In this document: piece by piece, positions 9,986 through 21,522 of the stretch
How positions within the stretch are numbered: position 1 is the first letter of the stretch
Layout of the letters: every line of letters starts with the position of its first letter
DNA from: Heteronotia binoei
Lineage: Eukaryota
Direction of reading: 5' to 3'
DNA: 64,000 bases
NCBI RefSeq assembly: GCF_032191835.1
Contig: NC_083229.1
Span: forward strand, 12,958,001-13,022,000
The notes under the pieces: model-generated
Databases searched by the model: none
What the model was told of the DNA's origin: nothing
What the model saw: the letters and a program-made list of their open reading frames with translations, nothing else
Program-made: the position numbers and the translations under genes

Positions 9986-10685
9986 AGTGGAGGAGGATTC
10001 AGTTCTTGCGGTGGAGCCGAACTAACAGTGTAGCTCCAAAAATGTCTACCTGGTAGGGTTGTCAGTGAGGGGTCCCCTGCCCCCAAGCTCCACCACCCTG
10101 CCGCTGATCAGCTGGGAAATTACTCAGGAAAAGAATGAGGCCCAGGTGATGTTGTAGCAACATGTCTACATCACTTCAGTCCAGGGCCGTAGCCAGGATT
10201 TTAAAAGTCAGGGGGCTTTTTCAAAAGTTGCGGGGGGCACCCTTTCCCATCCACTGCGGGCCTTGCCGCTTCTCAGAAGCTTTCTGGGGTAGGGGCCAAA
10301 ACTGGAGGCGCTGGAAGCGGCTAAGTCAAGGGAGCCGACCTTAAAACTTGGGAGTCGAGAAGAGACTGCACCTTGCGTGCAAGCAGGGGGGTTCCTTCCA
10401 TCTCCATCTCTCTCTCTCTCTCTCCCCTTTTTAGCCAGCAGCACCATCCATCCCCCTCTCCCCAGCCCATTCCACACAGCTCCCTCTGCCTCCCACTCCT
10501 CTGCCTCCCTCCTTTCCACCTGCTGTGTTTGCTGCTCCAGTGCACGGTGCCCTGCTCTGCTCTCCCTGCTCCGGCTGTCACTCACGACAAAAACAATGGC
10601 TGCACCCTGGAGGGCCCCCTGGGAGTCAGGGGGCCCAACCTTGAAGCCAGGGGGCAGTGCCTCCACAGGCCCCCCTGTGGCTACA

Positions 10686-11320
10686 GTCAGTTTGGTGTAG
10701 TGGTTAAGTGTATAGACTCTTATCTGGGAGAACCGGGTTTGATTCCCCACTCCTCCACTTGCACCTGCTAGAATGGCCTTGGGTCAGCCATAGCTCTCAT
10801 AGACCTTCTTCCCCTGTAGTGGTTAAGTGTGTGGACTCTTATCTGGGAGAACTGGGTTGGATTCCCCACTCCTCCACTTGCACCTGCTGGAACGGCCTTG
10901 GGTCAGCCATAGCTCTCATAGACCTTCTTCCCCTGTAGTGGTTAAGTGTGCAGACTCTTATCTGGGAGAACCGGGTTTGATTCCCCACTCCTCCACTGGC
11001 ACCTGCTGGAATGGCCTTGGGTCAGCCATAGCTCTCATAGACCTTCTTCCCCTGTAGTGGTTAAGTGTGCAGACTCTTATCTGGGAGAACTGGGTTTGAT
11101 TCCCCACTCCTCCACTTGCAGGTGCTAGAGTGGCCTTGAGTCAGCCATAGCTCTCATAGACCTTCTTCTCCTGTAGTGGTTAAGTGCATGGACTCTTATC
11201 TGGGAGACTCGGGTTTGATTCCCCACTCCTCCACTTGCAGCTGCTGGAATGGCCTTGAGTAAGCCATAGCTCTGGCAAAGTTGTCCTTAAAAGGGCAGGT
11301 TTTATGAGATCTCTCAGCCC
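10686..11320 (+). repeat. Tandem array of the Squam3-like SINE 5' head, 119-bp unit x5
   Basis: tgtagtggttaag at 10696, 10815, 10934, 11053, 11172; each unit keeps the B box; the last unit continues into the SINE body. Confidence 0.9.
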
Positions 11321-11339
11321 CCTCCTATCTCTCTCTTAG

Positions 11340-11570
11340 TCCCCTCCTAACTTCCTGACCGTTAGATCAATTCCTCAGTGGAACAGGCTTCTTCGGGAGG
11401 TGGTGGGCTCTCCTTCCTTGGAGGTCTTGAAACAGAGGCTAGATGGCCATCTGACAGCAATGAAGATCCTGTGACTTTAGGGGGAGGTGTTTGTGAGTTT
11501 CCTGCATTGTGCAGGGGGTTGGACTAGATGACCCTGGAGGTCCCTTCCAACTCTATGTTTCTATGATTCT
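11340..11570 (+). mobile_element. CR1 3' end inserted into the SINE (SINE tail resumes about 11571-11666)
   Basis: cagtggaacagg...ggactagatgaccctggaggtcccttccaactctatg...attcta, then gggtgtctgttgtgggg resumes. Confidence 0.8.
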
Positions 11571-11849
11571 AGGGTGTCTGTTGTGGGGGAGGAAGATAAA
11601 GGGGATTGTAAACTGCTCTGAGATTCAGAGGGAAGAGCTATAAATCTACAGTCTTCTTCTTCTTCCATGACCCAGAAGTGACATCATCACATGAGCAGTG
11701 ATGGCAGGGCCAGCGTGTGAGAGTTGACGAACTAGGCAGTGGCCTAGGGCGCCGGCTTCCACAGGGCACCACCACCGCCATCCTCCCTCCCTCCCTGTGG
11801 CGCTGGACCCAGTGCTGCACTCCGTCCCCCCCCCCCAAAAAAAACTAGG

Positions 11850-12056
11850 CTGGTCCTTACCAGGCTCAATGGCTGTGCGTGGCTTCTAAGCGTTTGAAGC
11901 TGGGGACTCATTTGACCAACCTCGGAAGGACGGAAGGCTGAGTCAACCTCGAGCCAGCTATCTGAAAACCCAGCTTCTGCCCGGGATCGAACTCAGGTTG
12001 TGAGCAGAGCTTAGGACTGCAGTACTGCAGCTTTAACACTCTGCGCCACGGGGCTC
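11850..12056 (-). mobile_element. tRNA-derived SINE of a third family
   Basis: Minus strand gagccccgtggcgcagagtgttaaag (A box), gagttcgatccc (B box), central aggttgactcagccttccgtccttccgaggttgg domain. Confidence 0.65.
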
Positions 12057-12268
12057 CGAGCGGGGTATAAAGCCAACTCTTCTTTTTATAGCGATACATC
12101 TCTAAATCGTAGCAATCACTACAACAACCAAAACACCATATTTAAATATAGTAGGTCTACAGGATATATTTACATGCAGGGAAACATCACGGGCTTAAAA
12201 AGGAAAGCACACTTTAAAAAAACAAACAAAGATAAATTGGTTTTTTTCTGTATAGATCTAAAACTTAC

Positions 12269-12426
12269 TGCTCTGGGGTGAGTCGAGTAGAAAGCTGTCC
12301 CGGTATCGTGTACCGGCTGGAAAGTGTTGTAGGGAAGTCTAAAAGTCGGCAGGACCAGCGATGTGCCTCGTCAAACTCAATGCAAATGGGATCGGAGATG
12401 GAACCCGGTCTTGGTCTTTCCTTAGT
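12269..12426 (-). other. Predicted non-coding 5'UTR exon of g2
   Basis: Donor GCA|GTAAGT at 12268 and upstream T-rich tract/CAG; homologous block with identical donor in all four duplication units. Confidence 0.5.
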
Positions 12427-13184
12427 CTGTTGCCAGCATCATATGACAAAAACATAAAACTGTTCTCTAATCAGCTGTCCAGATAGCTATCAGTAGATTG
12501 ATAATGCTGAGGCGCTGGCTGTGTAAAGAGTCTATATACGGAAAAGAAGCCCCCTCTTGAGAACAACAGACTGGGAATCGATCTGGAATGGAAATAAACC
12601 TGTTATTCTGTAACAACGTGATTCTTTTTAAAAATGTTATTTTGGTTCATAGGATCATAGAGTTGGAAGGGACCTCCAGGGCCATCTAGTCCAACCCCCT
12701 GCACAATGCAGGGAACTCACAAACACCTCCCCCTAAATTCACAGGATCTTCATCTTCATTGTCTGGAGAAGTGTATGTGTGTATATAAAAGTGTATATAG
12801 AAGTGTATATATAGAAGTGTGTATATAGAAGTGTATGTGTGTATATAGCCACAGTGTATGTGTGTATATAAAATTTTTTGCCACTGTGTGACACAGAGTG
12901 TTGGACTGGATGGGCCGTTGGCCTGATCCAACATGGCTTCTCTTATGTTCTTATGAAGTCCCCAATTTTTCTGCTCTCCGATGACTGAAAATGGCATCTG
13001 GAAGTCCCATAGGGCATCAGCAAGAATCAAAAGCAGTAACTTGAATGGCTCCCTTTTAGAATGTCGTGAAGGAAGAAAGCTGATTGGCACGGGACGGCTG
13101 TGGCTTTGTGAGAGAACCTTTGCTTTGCATGCAGAAGGTCCCAGGTTCAATCCCCGGCATTCCCAGATAAAAGAACCAGGCAGT

Positions 13185-13405
13185 CAATGCTCCCTCTAAA
13201 CTGAGTTAGCGTGAGATGGCTCACAGATTTTTAGCCTTCAGCTCACACATTTTTGTCTTAGCTTAGGAAAAACGGCCCTAGAGCACATTTATGCAGTTTC
13301 TGCAGTAATTCACAACTTGAATGCCAGTAGCTCACAACTTTAATACTGATAGCTCACAGAGTGGAATTTTTGCTCACAAGACTCTGCAGCTTAGAGGGAA
13401 CATTG
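13185..13405. mobile_element. hAT MITE (TIR CAATGTTCCCTCTAA), 221 bp
   Basis: 15-bp TIRs and perfect 8-bp TSD caggcagt (13177-13184, 13406-13413) inside an older SINE. Confidence 0.9.
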
Positions 13406-13434
13406 CAGGCAGTAGGTGATGTGAAAGATGATGT

Positions 13435-13651
13435 GGGGAGGGACGGTGGCTCAGTTGTAGAGCATCTGCTTGGGAAGCAGAAGGTCCCAGGTTCAATCCC
13501 TGGCATCTCCAAAAAAGGGTCCCGGCAAATAGGTGTGAAAAACCTCAGCTGGAGACCCTGGAGAGCCGCTGCCAGTCTGAGAAGACAATATTGACTTTGA
13601 TGGACCAAGGGTCTGATTCAGTATAAGACAGCTTCATATGTTCATATGTTC
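13435..13651 (+). mobile_element. Squam2-like SINE nested in an older copy of the same family
   Basis: Intact head, body and catatgttc tail; the host SINE resumes at about 13652. Confidence 0.8.
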
Positions 13652-13750
13652 AAGATCTCTGCCTGAAACCCTGGAGAGCTGCTACCAGTCAGAGTGGACA
13701 ATGCTCACCTTGATGGACTGATGGTCTGGTTCAGTATAGGTACTTATAAG

Positions 13751-14473
13751 CAGTGTTCCCTCAGAGATGAGTTAGCTTGAGCTAGCTCACAGTTTTTAAG
13801 CCTCCAGCTCACACATTTTTGTCTTAGCTCAGGAAATGGCCTCAGAGCACAGCAATTTATGTACGACTCGCAACTTGAATCTTGAGAATCTTGAGCGTCC
13901 CTTGGACTGCAAGAAGATCCAATCAGTCAGTCCTAAGGGGAATCAACCTAGACTGTTCCCTGGAAGGTCAGATGCTGAAGCTGAAGCTCAAAAACTTTGG
14001 CCACCCAATGAGAAAGGAGCACTCCCTGGAGAAGACTCTTGAGAGTCCCTTGGACTGCAAGAAGATCCAATCAGTCAGTCTTAAGGGAAATCAACCCAGA
14101 CTGTTCCCTGGAAGGTCAGATGCTGAAGCTGAAGCTCAAATACTTTGGCAACCCAATGAGAAGGGAGCACTCCCTGGAGAAGATCCTGATGCTGGGAAAG
14201 ACAGAAGGCAAAAGAAGAAGGGGACAGCAAAAGATGAGACGGCTGGACAGCGTTACTGATGTAACTAACACGAATTTGAGCAGACTTCGGAGGATGGTGG
14301 AAGACAGGAGGGCCTGGCGTGACTTTGTCCCTGGGGTCGCAAAGAGTCAGACTCGACTGTGTGACTGAACCACAACCACACAACTTGAATGCCAGTAGCT
14401 CACAACCTAAATACCAGTAGCTCACAAAGTAGAATTTTTGTTCACAAGGCTCTGCAGCTTCAAGGGAACATTG
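13751..14473. mobile_element. hAT MITE (same family as 13185) interrupted by a BovB fragment
   Basis: Termini cagtgttccctc / gggaacattg; TSD cttataag / cttataaa. Confidence 0.8.
13881..14380 (+). mobile_element. BovB (RTE) LINE 3' end with a 148-bp internal tandem duplication
   Basis: Encodes VPWTARRSNQSVLREI...EKILMLGKTEGKRRRG...AWR...VAKSQTRLCD (BovB ORF C-terminus); 10-bp TSD caacttgaat (13871, 14381). Confidence 0.85.
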
Positions 14474-14534
14474 CTTATAAATGCACCATGGTATCCAAAA
14501 CAGGGACGATCTCATCACGTTTCTTCCGCAATCT

Positions 14535-14660
14535 CATCTTGATAGAACTTTCGCCGTTATGTGATAAAAACTAGAGGCTGTCTTTACTGGGTAGAGAACA
14601 GGAAATGGACAGTAAGACACATGAAGGGAAGTAAGAAGAGAGGCTTTTGTTATCATTTTT
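14535..14660. promoter_or_regulatory. Conserved GATA/ETS motif cluster upstream of g2 (candidate promoter or exon 1)
   Basis: TGATAG 14540, TGATAA 14562, CAGGAAAT 14599, GGAAGT near 14627, TTATCA 14650; all retained at 22815-22940 and 33512-33635. Confidence 0.4.
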
Positions 14661-15004
14661 ATTTAGGTTGGCCAACCTCTGGGAAGGGAATGGAGATCTC
14701 CTGAAATTACAACTGACCTCCAGTTTCTCTGGAGAAAATGGCTGCCTTAGTGGATTCTGTGGTATTATACACCAAACCCTACCTTCTCCAGGCTCTGCTC
14801 CCAAATCTCCAGGAATCTCCCAACCTGGAGTTGGCAACCTTCGTGTGTTTATTTTATTCATGTATAATCTATAGGGTTGAGGGGAGATAGGGTCAAGATG
14901 GCTGAGGACACCCATTTGCTCAGGATGGAAAAAACCCAAATGAAATGTGAGAGGATTTCTTCAGATTTTTCTCCCTCTCCTAAAATGCTAGAACAGGAGG
15001 GCCT

Positions 15005-15812
15005 CTAATGAAGACGACAGGCAGTAGGTTCAGGATGGACAGAAGGAAATACAGCTTTATGCAGAGAGTGAATAAAAATGTGGGATTCGCTGCCAGAAGA
15101 TGGAGGGATGGCCACAGGAACAAACAGTTTGAAAAGGGGCCTGGAGGCAACATCAGGGGAATGCCTCGTCATCATCTGCTCCCTGGTGTTCACCCTCCAG
15201 AGGGACTGGTTGGCCACTGTGTGAGACAGGATGCTGGACTAGGTGCACCACTGGTCTGATCCAGCAGGGTCCTTCTGATGTTCTAATGAAGGCCTTGGCT
15301 TCTATGCCCTGTTGTTGGCCTTCCAGAGGAACTGGTTGGCCACTGTGTGAGACAGGATGCTGGACTAGGTGGATCATGGGTCTGATCCAGCAGGGTCCTT
15401 CTTATGTTCCAATGAAGGCCTTGGCCTCTATGCCCTGTTGTTGGCCTTCCAGAGGAACTGGTTGGCCACTGTGTGAGACAAGATGCTGGACTAGGTGGAC
15501 CACTGGTCTGATCCAGCAGAGTCCTTCTGATGTTCTAATGAAGACTTTGGCCTCTATGCCCTGTTGTTGGCCTTCCAGAGAAACTGGTTGGCCACTGTGT
15601 GAGACAGGATGCTGGACTAGGTGGACCACTGGTCTGATCCAGCAGGGTCCTTCTGATGTTCTAATGAAGACCTTGGCCTCTATGCCCTGTTGTTGGCTCT
15701 TCAGAGGAACTGGTTGGCCACTGTGTGAGGCAGGATGCTGGACTAGGTGGACCACTGGTCTGATCCAGCAGGGTCCTTCTGATGTTCTAATGAAGGTCTT
15801 GGCCTCTGTGTC
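15005..15812 (+). repeat. CR1 3' end followed by a 126-bp tandem array of its 3'UTR (about 5 units)
   Basis: atgaag at 15286, 15412, 15538, 15664, 15790; the upstream piece encodes RFRMDRRKYSFMQRV (CR1 RT end). Confidence 0.85.
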
Positions 15813-16650
15813 CAGACCCGGCACTAGGGTTTCCTGTGCCCCAGACCAAACCCTGCTCCTCTGCCCCCCCCAAAATATATATATTTGCGCGTGCTTTGCG
15901 TGCAAGGGGAGGGACGGTAGCTCAGTGGTAGAGCATCTGCTTGGGAAGCAGAAGGTCCCAGGTTCAATCCCTGGCATCTCCAAAAAAGGGTCCAGGCAAA
16001 TAGGTGTGAAAAACCTCAGCTTGAGACCCTGGAGAGCCGCTGCCAGTCTGAGAAGACAATACTGACTTTGATGGACCAAGGGTCTGATTCGGTGTAAGGC
16101 AGCTTCATATGTTCATATGTTCATGTACCAATGATGTCATTGGTTTAAATTGATAAGTGAATTATGGTTTTATATGTTTTATGGAATTGATTGTTTTTAT
16201 GATATTGTAAGCCGCCCTGAGTCCGCTTGCGGAGAGGGCGGGATATAAATGTAAAGTAATAAATAATAAATAAATAAATGTCATACCCCCCAAATTTGCC
16301 AAGGTCTCCCGAGAGCCTCGGCAAGTCTTGGTGAAGTCCAGAAGGCAGCGTGCACACTCAGAGCCTGACCCTGAGTGTGCGCGCTGCCAAGGCCCCCCAC
16401 TTTGCCAAGGTCTTCTGAACCTCAGGAGGCTTTGGTGAAGTCTGGAAGGCAGCACACGCTTGCTCAGAGCCCGACTTTGAGCGCATGCTGCCACGCTACC
16501 AGCACTTTGCTGAGGTCTCCCGAGTCTTGGGAGGCCTTGGCGAAGTCTGGAAGGCAGCGCGTGTGGGAGAGGGGGTGCCTCATGGTGCCCCTAGGCCAGG
16601 CAGCACCCTAGGTGGCCACCTACTTGGCCTACTCCCAAGTACTGACACTG
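15813..16650. mobile_element. hAT-like element carrying a nested Squam2-like SINE (15906-16123), an L2-like tail and three 105-bp palindromic subrepeats
   Basis: Termini cagacccggc / actgacactg, degenerate 8-bp TSD tctgtgtc / tctctgcc; site empty in the paralog near 35355. Confidence 0.55.
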
Positions 16651-16832
16651 TCTCTGCCCTGTTGTTGGCCCTCCAAGGGAACTGGTTGGCCACTGTGTGA
16701 GATGGGATGCTGGACTAGATGGTCTGATCCACACTGCTCTTCTTATGGTCTTAATGTAGCTGTGGAGGAACTGACATTGAATGGGTCTCACAAACATCTC
16801 TATTTGACATCCTGCAAGGAGAATTACCCCAG

Positions 16833-17198
16833 CTGGCCTAAGACAATCATAATATTGTGGGTTCCATGCAATGAAGAGGCGAGGTGGTAGTGATCATAGC
16901 TCTTTTATTAGGTACAGCATAGTATAGGGCTGCACTCAAAAGACTGGAGAACTGGGCCAACGGTTGCCAACGCAAGGGTTCCCACGCAAGCACATTATTG
17001 GACCATTCAAACGCAAGGGTTCCCACGCAAGCACATTATTGGACCATTCAAACCAGCAGGGGGCCTGTGATTGGAGCAGGGCAGCAGGGACTTTGATCCT
17101 GCTGCCCATTGTTCCCGAGTCCCCAAGCTCAGTCCTTACGGCTCCAATGAGCCCAGCAAGAACACCCATAGTAGTCTTCACTTTAGTCCGCATACACA
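16833..17198 (-). mobile_element. Solo-LTR-like insertion specific to the g2 unit
   Basis: About 370 bp absent from paralogs (near 24740 and 36040); on the minus strand begins TGT, contains CCAAT and AATAAA; TSD not clean. Confidence 0.4.
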
Positions 17199-18327
17199 AC
17201 AATAAACATCAATGAAGAAATTGCCTTTCCAACACGAGATCGATGGACTCCATCAAAGAAGCCCGGACTCTCAGTTTGCAGGACCTGAGCAATGGTAGGA
17301 TGTTTTTTTGGAGGTTAGTAATTCATAGCGCTGCCGGGGGCTTTTTTGTTGTCATTGCAGGAACTCCTTTGCATATTAGGCCACACCTCCCCGATGTAGC
17401 CAATCCACCTGGAACTTACAGTAGATCCTATAGGAAAAGCTCTGTAAGCTCTCGGAGGATTGGCTACATCAGGGGGTGTGTGGTTTAATATGCAAAGGAG
17501 CTCCTGCTACAATGAAAGCCCTGGCATTGCCATAAGTCAGAAGTATCCACTTTGTCGTAGTCAGCTGACCTCATCACACTAATTTGTGCTACAGGCCAAT
17601 CAAGGCTGGATCGATGCAGCACACTTTATGTGAAACTGCAGGGAATTTCAATGAAAACTAGCTCCCGTTTTCTCCCCCTTCTTCCTCTAAAACAGGGGTG
17701 TCAAACCTGCAGTTTGGGGGCCGAATCAGGCCCCCAGAGGGCTCCTCTCAGGCCCCCGAGCAACTGCCTGTCATCTGCTTCTTTCTCCCTCTCTCTTGCT
17801 TCCTTCTGCATAAAGGCTTGCTGTAAAGTATATGTGGTTGGAACAGTGTATTTTCATTTTTGTAACGAATTGTGTAATGAGCGGGATTAGCATATTATTA
17901 TAAACTGTGATAACGATTGTAATGTGTTTTCACGGATTGTTTCAGGGCTTGCGGTTAACCTCCAGATGAGGCCTGGAGATCTCCTAGAGTTACAACTCAC
18001 CTCTAGGCTACGGAGATCAATTTCCTGGGAGAAATTGGCTACTTCAGACGGTGGTATTATATACAACCGAAGTTCCTCCCTGGGATCTACTCTCAATTCT
18101 CCAGGAATTTCTCAATCTAGAGTTGGCAACCCTACACATGACCATTGAAAAAAGTGAGCTGATATGCACTATTCCCTCAGGCTACACATCAGTACTTTCC
18201 CATCCATGCATAAGCATCAAGAAGCAAGTCTGTAAATCTTGCATCCAGTTTCCCAGAAGACATTTATGCAATTCGTTTACAGGCAGAGCTTTAAAAAAAA
18301 ATTGTAGAAAAAGCCTAACAGGAACTC

Positions 18328-18925
18328 ATTTGCATATTAGGCCACACCCCCTGACATCACCATTCCTTCACACAAGATTTTTTTTTGCCAAAAAAGCCCA
18401 GCAAGAATCTATTTGCATATTAGGCCACACCCCCTGACATCACCATTCCTTCACACAATTTTTTTTTGTCAAAAAAGCCCAGCAAGAATCCATTTGCCTA
18501 TTAGGCCACACCCCCTGACACCACCATTCCTTCACACAAGATTTTTTTTGTCAAAAAAGCCCAGCAAGAATCCATTTGCCTATTAGGCCACACCCCCTGA
18601 CATCACCATTCCTTCACACAAGATTTTTTTGTCAAAAAAGCCCAGCAAGAATCTATTTGCATATTAGGCCACACCCCCTGACATCACAGTTCCTTCACAC
18701 AAGATTTTTTTTGTCAAAAAAGCCCAGCAAGAATCTATTTGCATATTAGGCCACACCCCCTGACACCACCAGTCCTTCACACAAGATTTTTTCTTGTCAA
18801 AAAAGCCCAGCAAGAATCCATTTGCCTATTAGGCCACACCCCCTGACATCACCATTCCTTCACACAAGATTTTTTTGTCAAAACCCCCCAGCAAGAATCC
18901 ATTTGCATATTAGGCCACACCCCCT
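18328..18925 (+). repeat. Minisatellite from a hAT MITE end, about 82-bp unit x8, octamer ATTTGCAT in 5 units
   Basis: Units at 18328, 18411, 18492, 18574, 18655, 18737, 18820, 18901. Confidence 0.9.
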
Positions 18926-19452
18926 GGATACCCAGCCAGCTGGAACGGTGCTCCTGCATGTTCCTGCTCAAAATAAGCCCTGCTTACAAACACACTCTTT
19001 GTGTGGCAGGAGCTGTGGCTCAGTGGCAGCGCATCGCTTCCGGGTCAGCATGCTGCCACCCTGAGCCGGTGGTCTGAACTCAGCCTATGTTTTCATTTTA
19101 GAGCCTTTCATGTAGGGAAAGGCTTGATTAAAGGATCAGATGTGGCTTCAGAAGAGAAGAACAGATCTGAGTAATCTATGTTTCAAAGCTATGCGTTAAC
19201 AGGATTGTTGTTAGAGGCCTGGCTTTTTAGAGCAGGTTTTCTTTTCCATATACTGTATTTAGTCAGGTCCAAAAAGCCAATTCAGTTTCTTAAGGGACTG
19301 TTAGGATATTGGGCTTTTTTCGGGGAGGGGGAAGAGCCCTGTGTGAAACAATGGTGATGTCGGGGTGGGGGTGGCCTAATAATCAAATGAGATCCTGCTG
19401 GGCTTTTTCTACAAAAAAGCCATAGAGAGAGGCAGGGAGAGAGAGAGGCAGA

Positions 19453-19642
19453 GAGAGAGAGAGCAGGGCCGGATCAAGGGGGGGGGCAGAGGGGGGTGCT
19501 TGCCCCCGACGCCAACAGAGGGGGTGGCATCAAATTGGATATGAAGTCCATTGTACCCTAAGGGACTATAAGATAGTATGGCCCATAAGGGGCGCCATTT
19601 TTTAATTCCCACCCCCCTCAAAAAACATGTAGATCTGGTCCT
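19453..19642. mobile_element. hAT-like MITE inserted in a (GA)n microsatellite
   Basis: Termini cagggccggatc / gatctggtcctg flanked by agagagag. Confidence 0.6.
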
Positions 19643-19760
19643 GAGAGAGAGAGAGATGGGATCTGTTGAAATTCAGACACGCTTTCTTAACGACTTTAAG
19701 TGAAAAGCCTAAAGGAATCTATGTTCTTCAAGCAACAGGCAAGATGTTCTAATGACGGCA

Positions 19761-20690
19761 TCACAACATTGTTTGGGTACGTGGTTGTAGTCCCATCTTG
19801 GTGTCTCTCTCCTCCTTGAAAACTCTCTGGAGGATCGCCTTCATTCTCTCCTGAAATTTGCCACCATTCTGTCTCCCAGCCAGGAAATAAATCAGTGGAT
19901 TTATACTACTGTTTAGAGAGGTCCATAAACCAAAATATTGCTGTATACCGACGGGCAGCGTGAAGGTAAAGAAAGTTGTCAGGATCATAAACAGGAAGAA
20001 AGAGAGAAACATCAATAAGACCACTCTCAAAAGACTCCCACACTGACACCTTGGTGATTTCAAGCAGACTCTGGTGAACAGAGTCAGAGTGGAGATGATC
20101 AAAATTAAGACACAAATCAAAGAAGTCAGAGCATAACTGTAAAGAAATACAGGTGCATAATAATAGCGTATCAAATCAATATAATATAGAAATAAGGGCA
20201 CCCCAATGAGGGCAAAAGGGAGAGCCCATATGAAGACACACACGGTGGTGGACAACGCTGGTGACCGGTGGTGTCGGTACCAATTTGGGAAGAAGACAGA
20301 CACCCATCTGTCAATGCTGATGGCTGTCAGGAGAAGCAGACGACTGCTGCACGTCAATAGCAAGAGACTGAACAAAAACCTGCCAAGATCACTAGGACAC
20401 CCAGGATAGTCATAGAAAGATGGTGGGTTGAAACATAGATCTAGCGGAAGCAGAAACACGAGGGATCCAAAGTCAGCCACGGCCAAGTTCAGGATGTAGA
20501 TGGCAAAAGGTTTCCTTTTCATACGGAAGCCAAGAAGCCGGATGAGATTTCCATTCCCCACCAGTCCAATAATGCAGAAGAAAATAATGAAGACAGAGAG
20601 GATAAATTGATCGCCAATATAATTGAACCATCGCAAATCTTTTTCGTCTTTGTGAGAGAATAAGGTCTTAAGGTTGAACCCATCCACCAT
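19761..20690 (-). CDS. MAS-related GPCR, gene g3, 309 aa
   Basis: Kozak accATGg; GN, LAVAD, ISIDRW, SLNSSINPLIY; acceptor cttttgtcctcgtag|gag at 20745. Confidence 0.95.
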   Translation of the reverse strand: MVDGFNLKTLFSHKDEKDLRWFNYIGDQFILSVFIIFFCIIGLVGNGNLIRLLGFRMKRKPFAIYILNLAVADFGSLVFLLPLDLCFNPPSFYDYPGCPSDLGRFLFSLLLLTCSSRLLLLTAISIDRWVSVFFPNWYRHHRSPALSTTVCVFIWALPFALIGVPLFLYYIDLIRYYYAPVFLYSYALTSLICVLILIISTLTLFTRVCLKSPRCQCGSLLRVVLLMFLSFFLFMILTTFFTFTLPVGIQQYFGLWTSLNSSINPLIYFLAGRQNGGKFQERMKAILQRVFKEERDTKMGLQPRTQTML

Positions 20691-20813
20691 GGTTGTGTTC
20701 AGCTTCCGGGGTGGTTGATTTCTGCTTGTCTTGGACCACCACTCCTACGAGGACAAAAGAGGTAGCAAAGGGGGATTCAGTTCTTGCAGTGGAGCTGAAC
20801 CAACAATGTAGCT

Positions 20814-20949
20814 CAGGGATGGCCAACGGTAGCTCTGCAGATGTTTTTTTGCCTACAACTTCCATCAGCCCCAGCCAGCAGGGCTGATGGCTGGGGCTGA
20901 CGGGAGCTGTAGGCAAAAACATCTGGAGAGCTACCGTTGGCCACCCCTG
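20814..20949. mobile_element. 136-bp palindromic hAT/Charlie-like MITE in the last intron
   Basis: Termini cagggatggcc / ggccacccctg, perfect TSD atgtagct; paralogs near 31426 and 42588; empty site near 10030. Confidence 0.85.
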
Positions 20950-21522
20950 ATGTAGCTCAACGATGTCCACCTGGTAGTTGCCAGATGGGGTTCCCCCAAC
21001 TTTAGGCCCCACCACCCTGCAGCTATATAAGTTGTTGTTCCCCCCCTAGTCAGCAGGGATCCTCTCAAAAATCTCATCCATATAAGGATATCTCTCTAAA
21101 TTATAAAAGAAGAAGAATTGCAGATTTATACCCCGCCCTTCCCTCTGAATCAGAGACTCAGAGCGGCTTACAATCTATCTTCTTCCCCCACAACAGACAC
21201 CCTGTGAGGTGGGTGGGCCCGAGAGAGCTCTCCCAGAAGCTGCCCTTTCAAGGACAGCTCTTTGAGAGGCTACGGCTGATCCAAGGCCATTCCAGCAGCT
21301 GCAAGTGGAGGAGTGGGGAATCAAACCCGGTTCTCTCAGATAAGAGTCCGCACACTTAACCACTACACTAAACTGGCTCTCACTGGAAATCACTACAGCT
21401 ACCTAACACCATATTTATATACAGTAGATATTCAGAATATATTCAATTGCTGCAGAATTTCCTGGGTTTTAAAAGGGAGAAGCAAACAAAAGTTACATTT
21501 TTTACATAGGTCTAAAACTTAC

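Noticed and set aside
15286-16079. 259-aa and 225-aa repeat-protein ORFs
   Set aside because: Artefact of the 126-bp CR1-derived tandem repeat running into a SINE
20691-20744. Open in-frame 18-codon leaders before the g3-g5 ATGs as coding sequence
   Set aside because: The equivalent leaders in g1 (46 nt) and g2 (62 nt) are out of frame from the acceptor, and the predicted upstream exon gives no in-frame ATG
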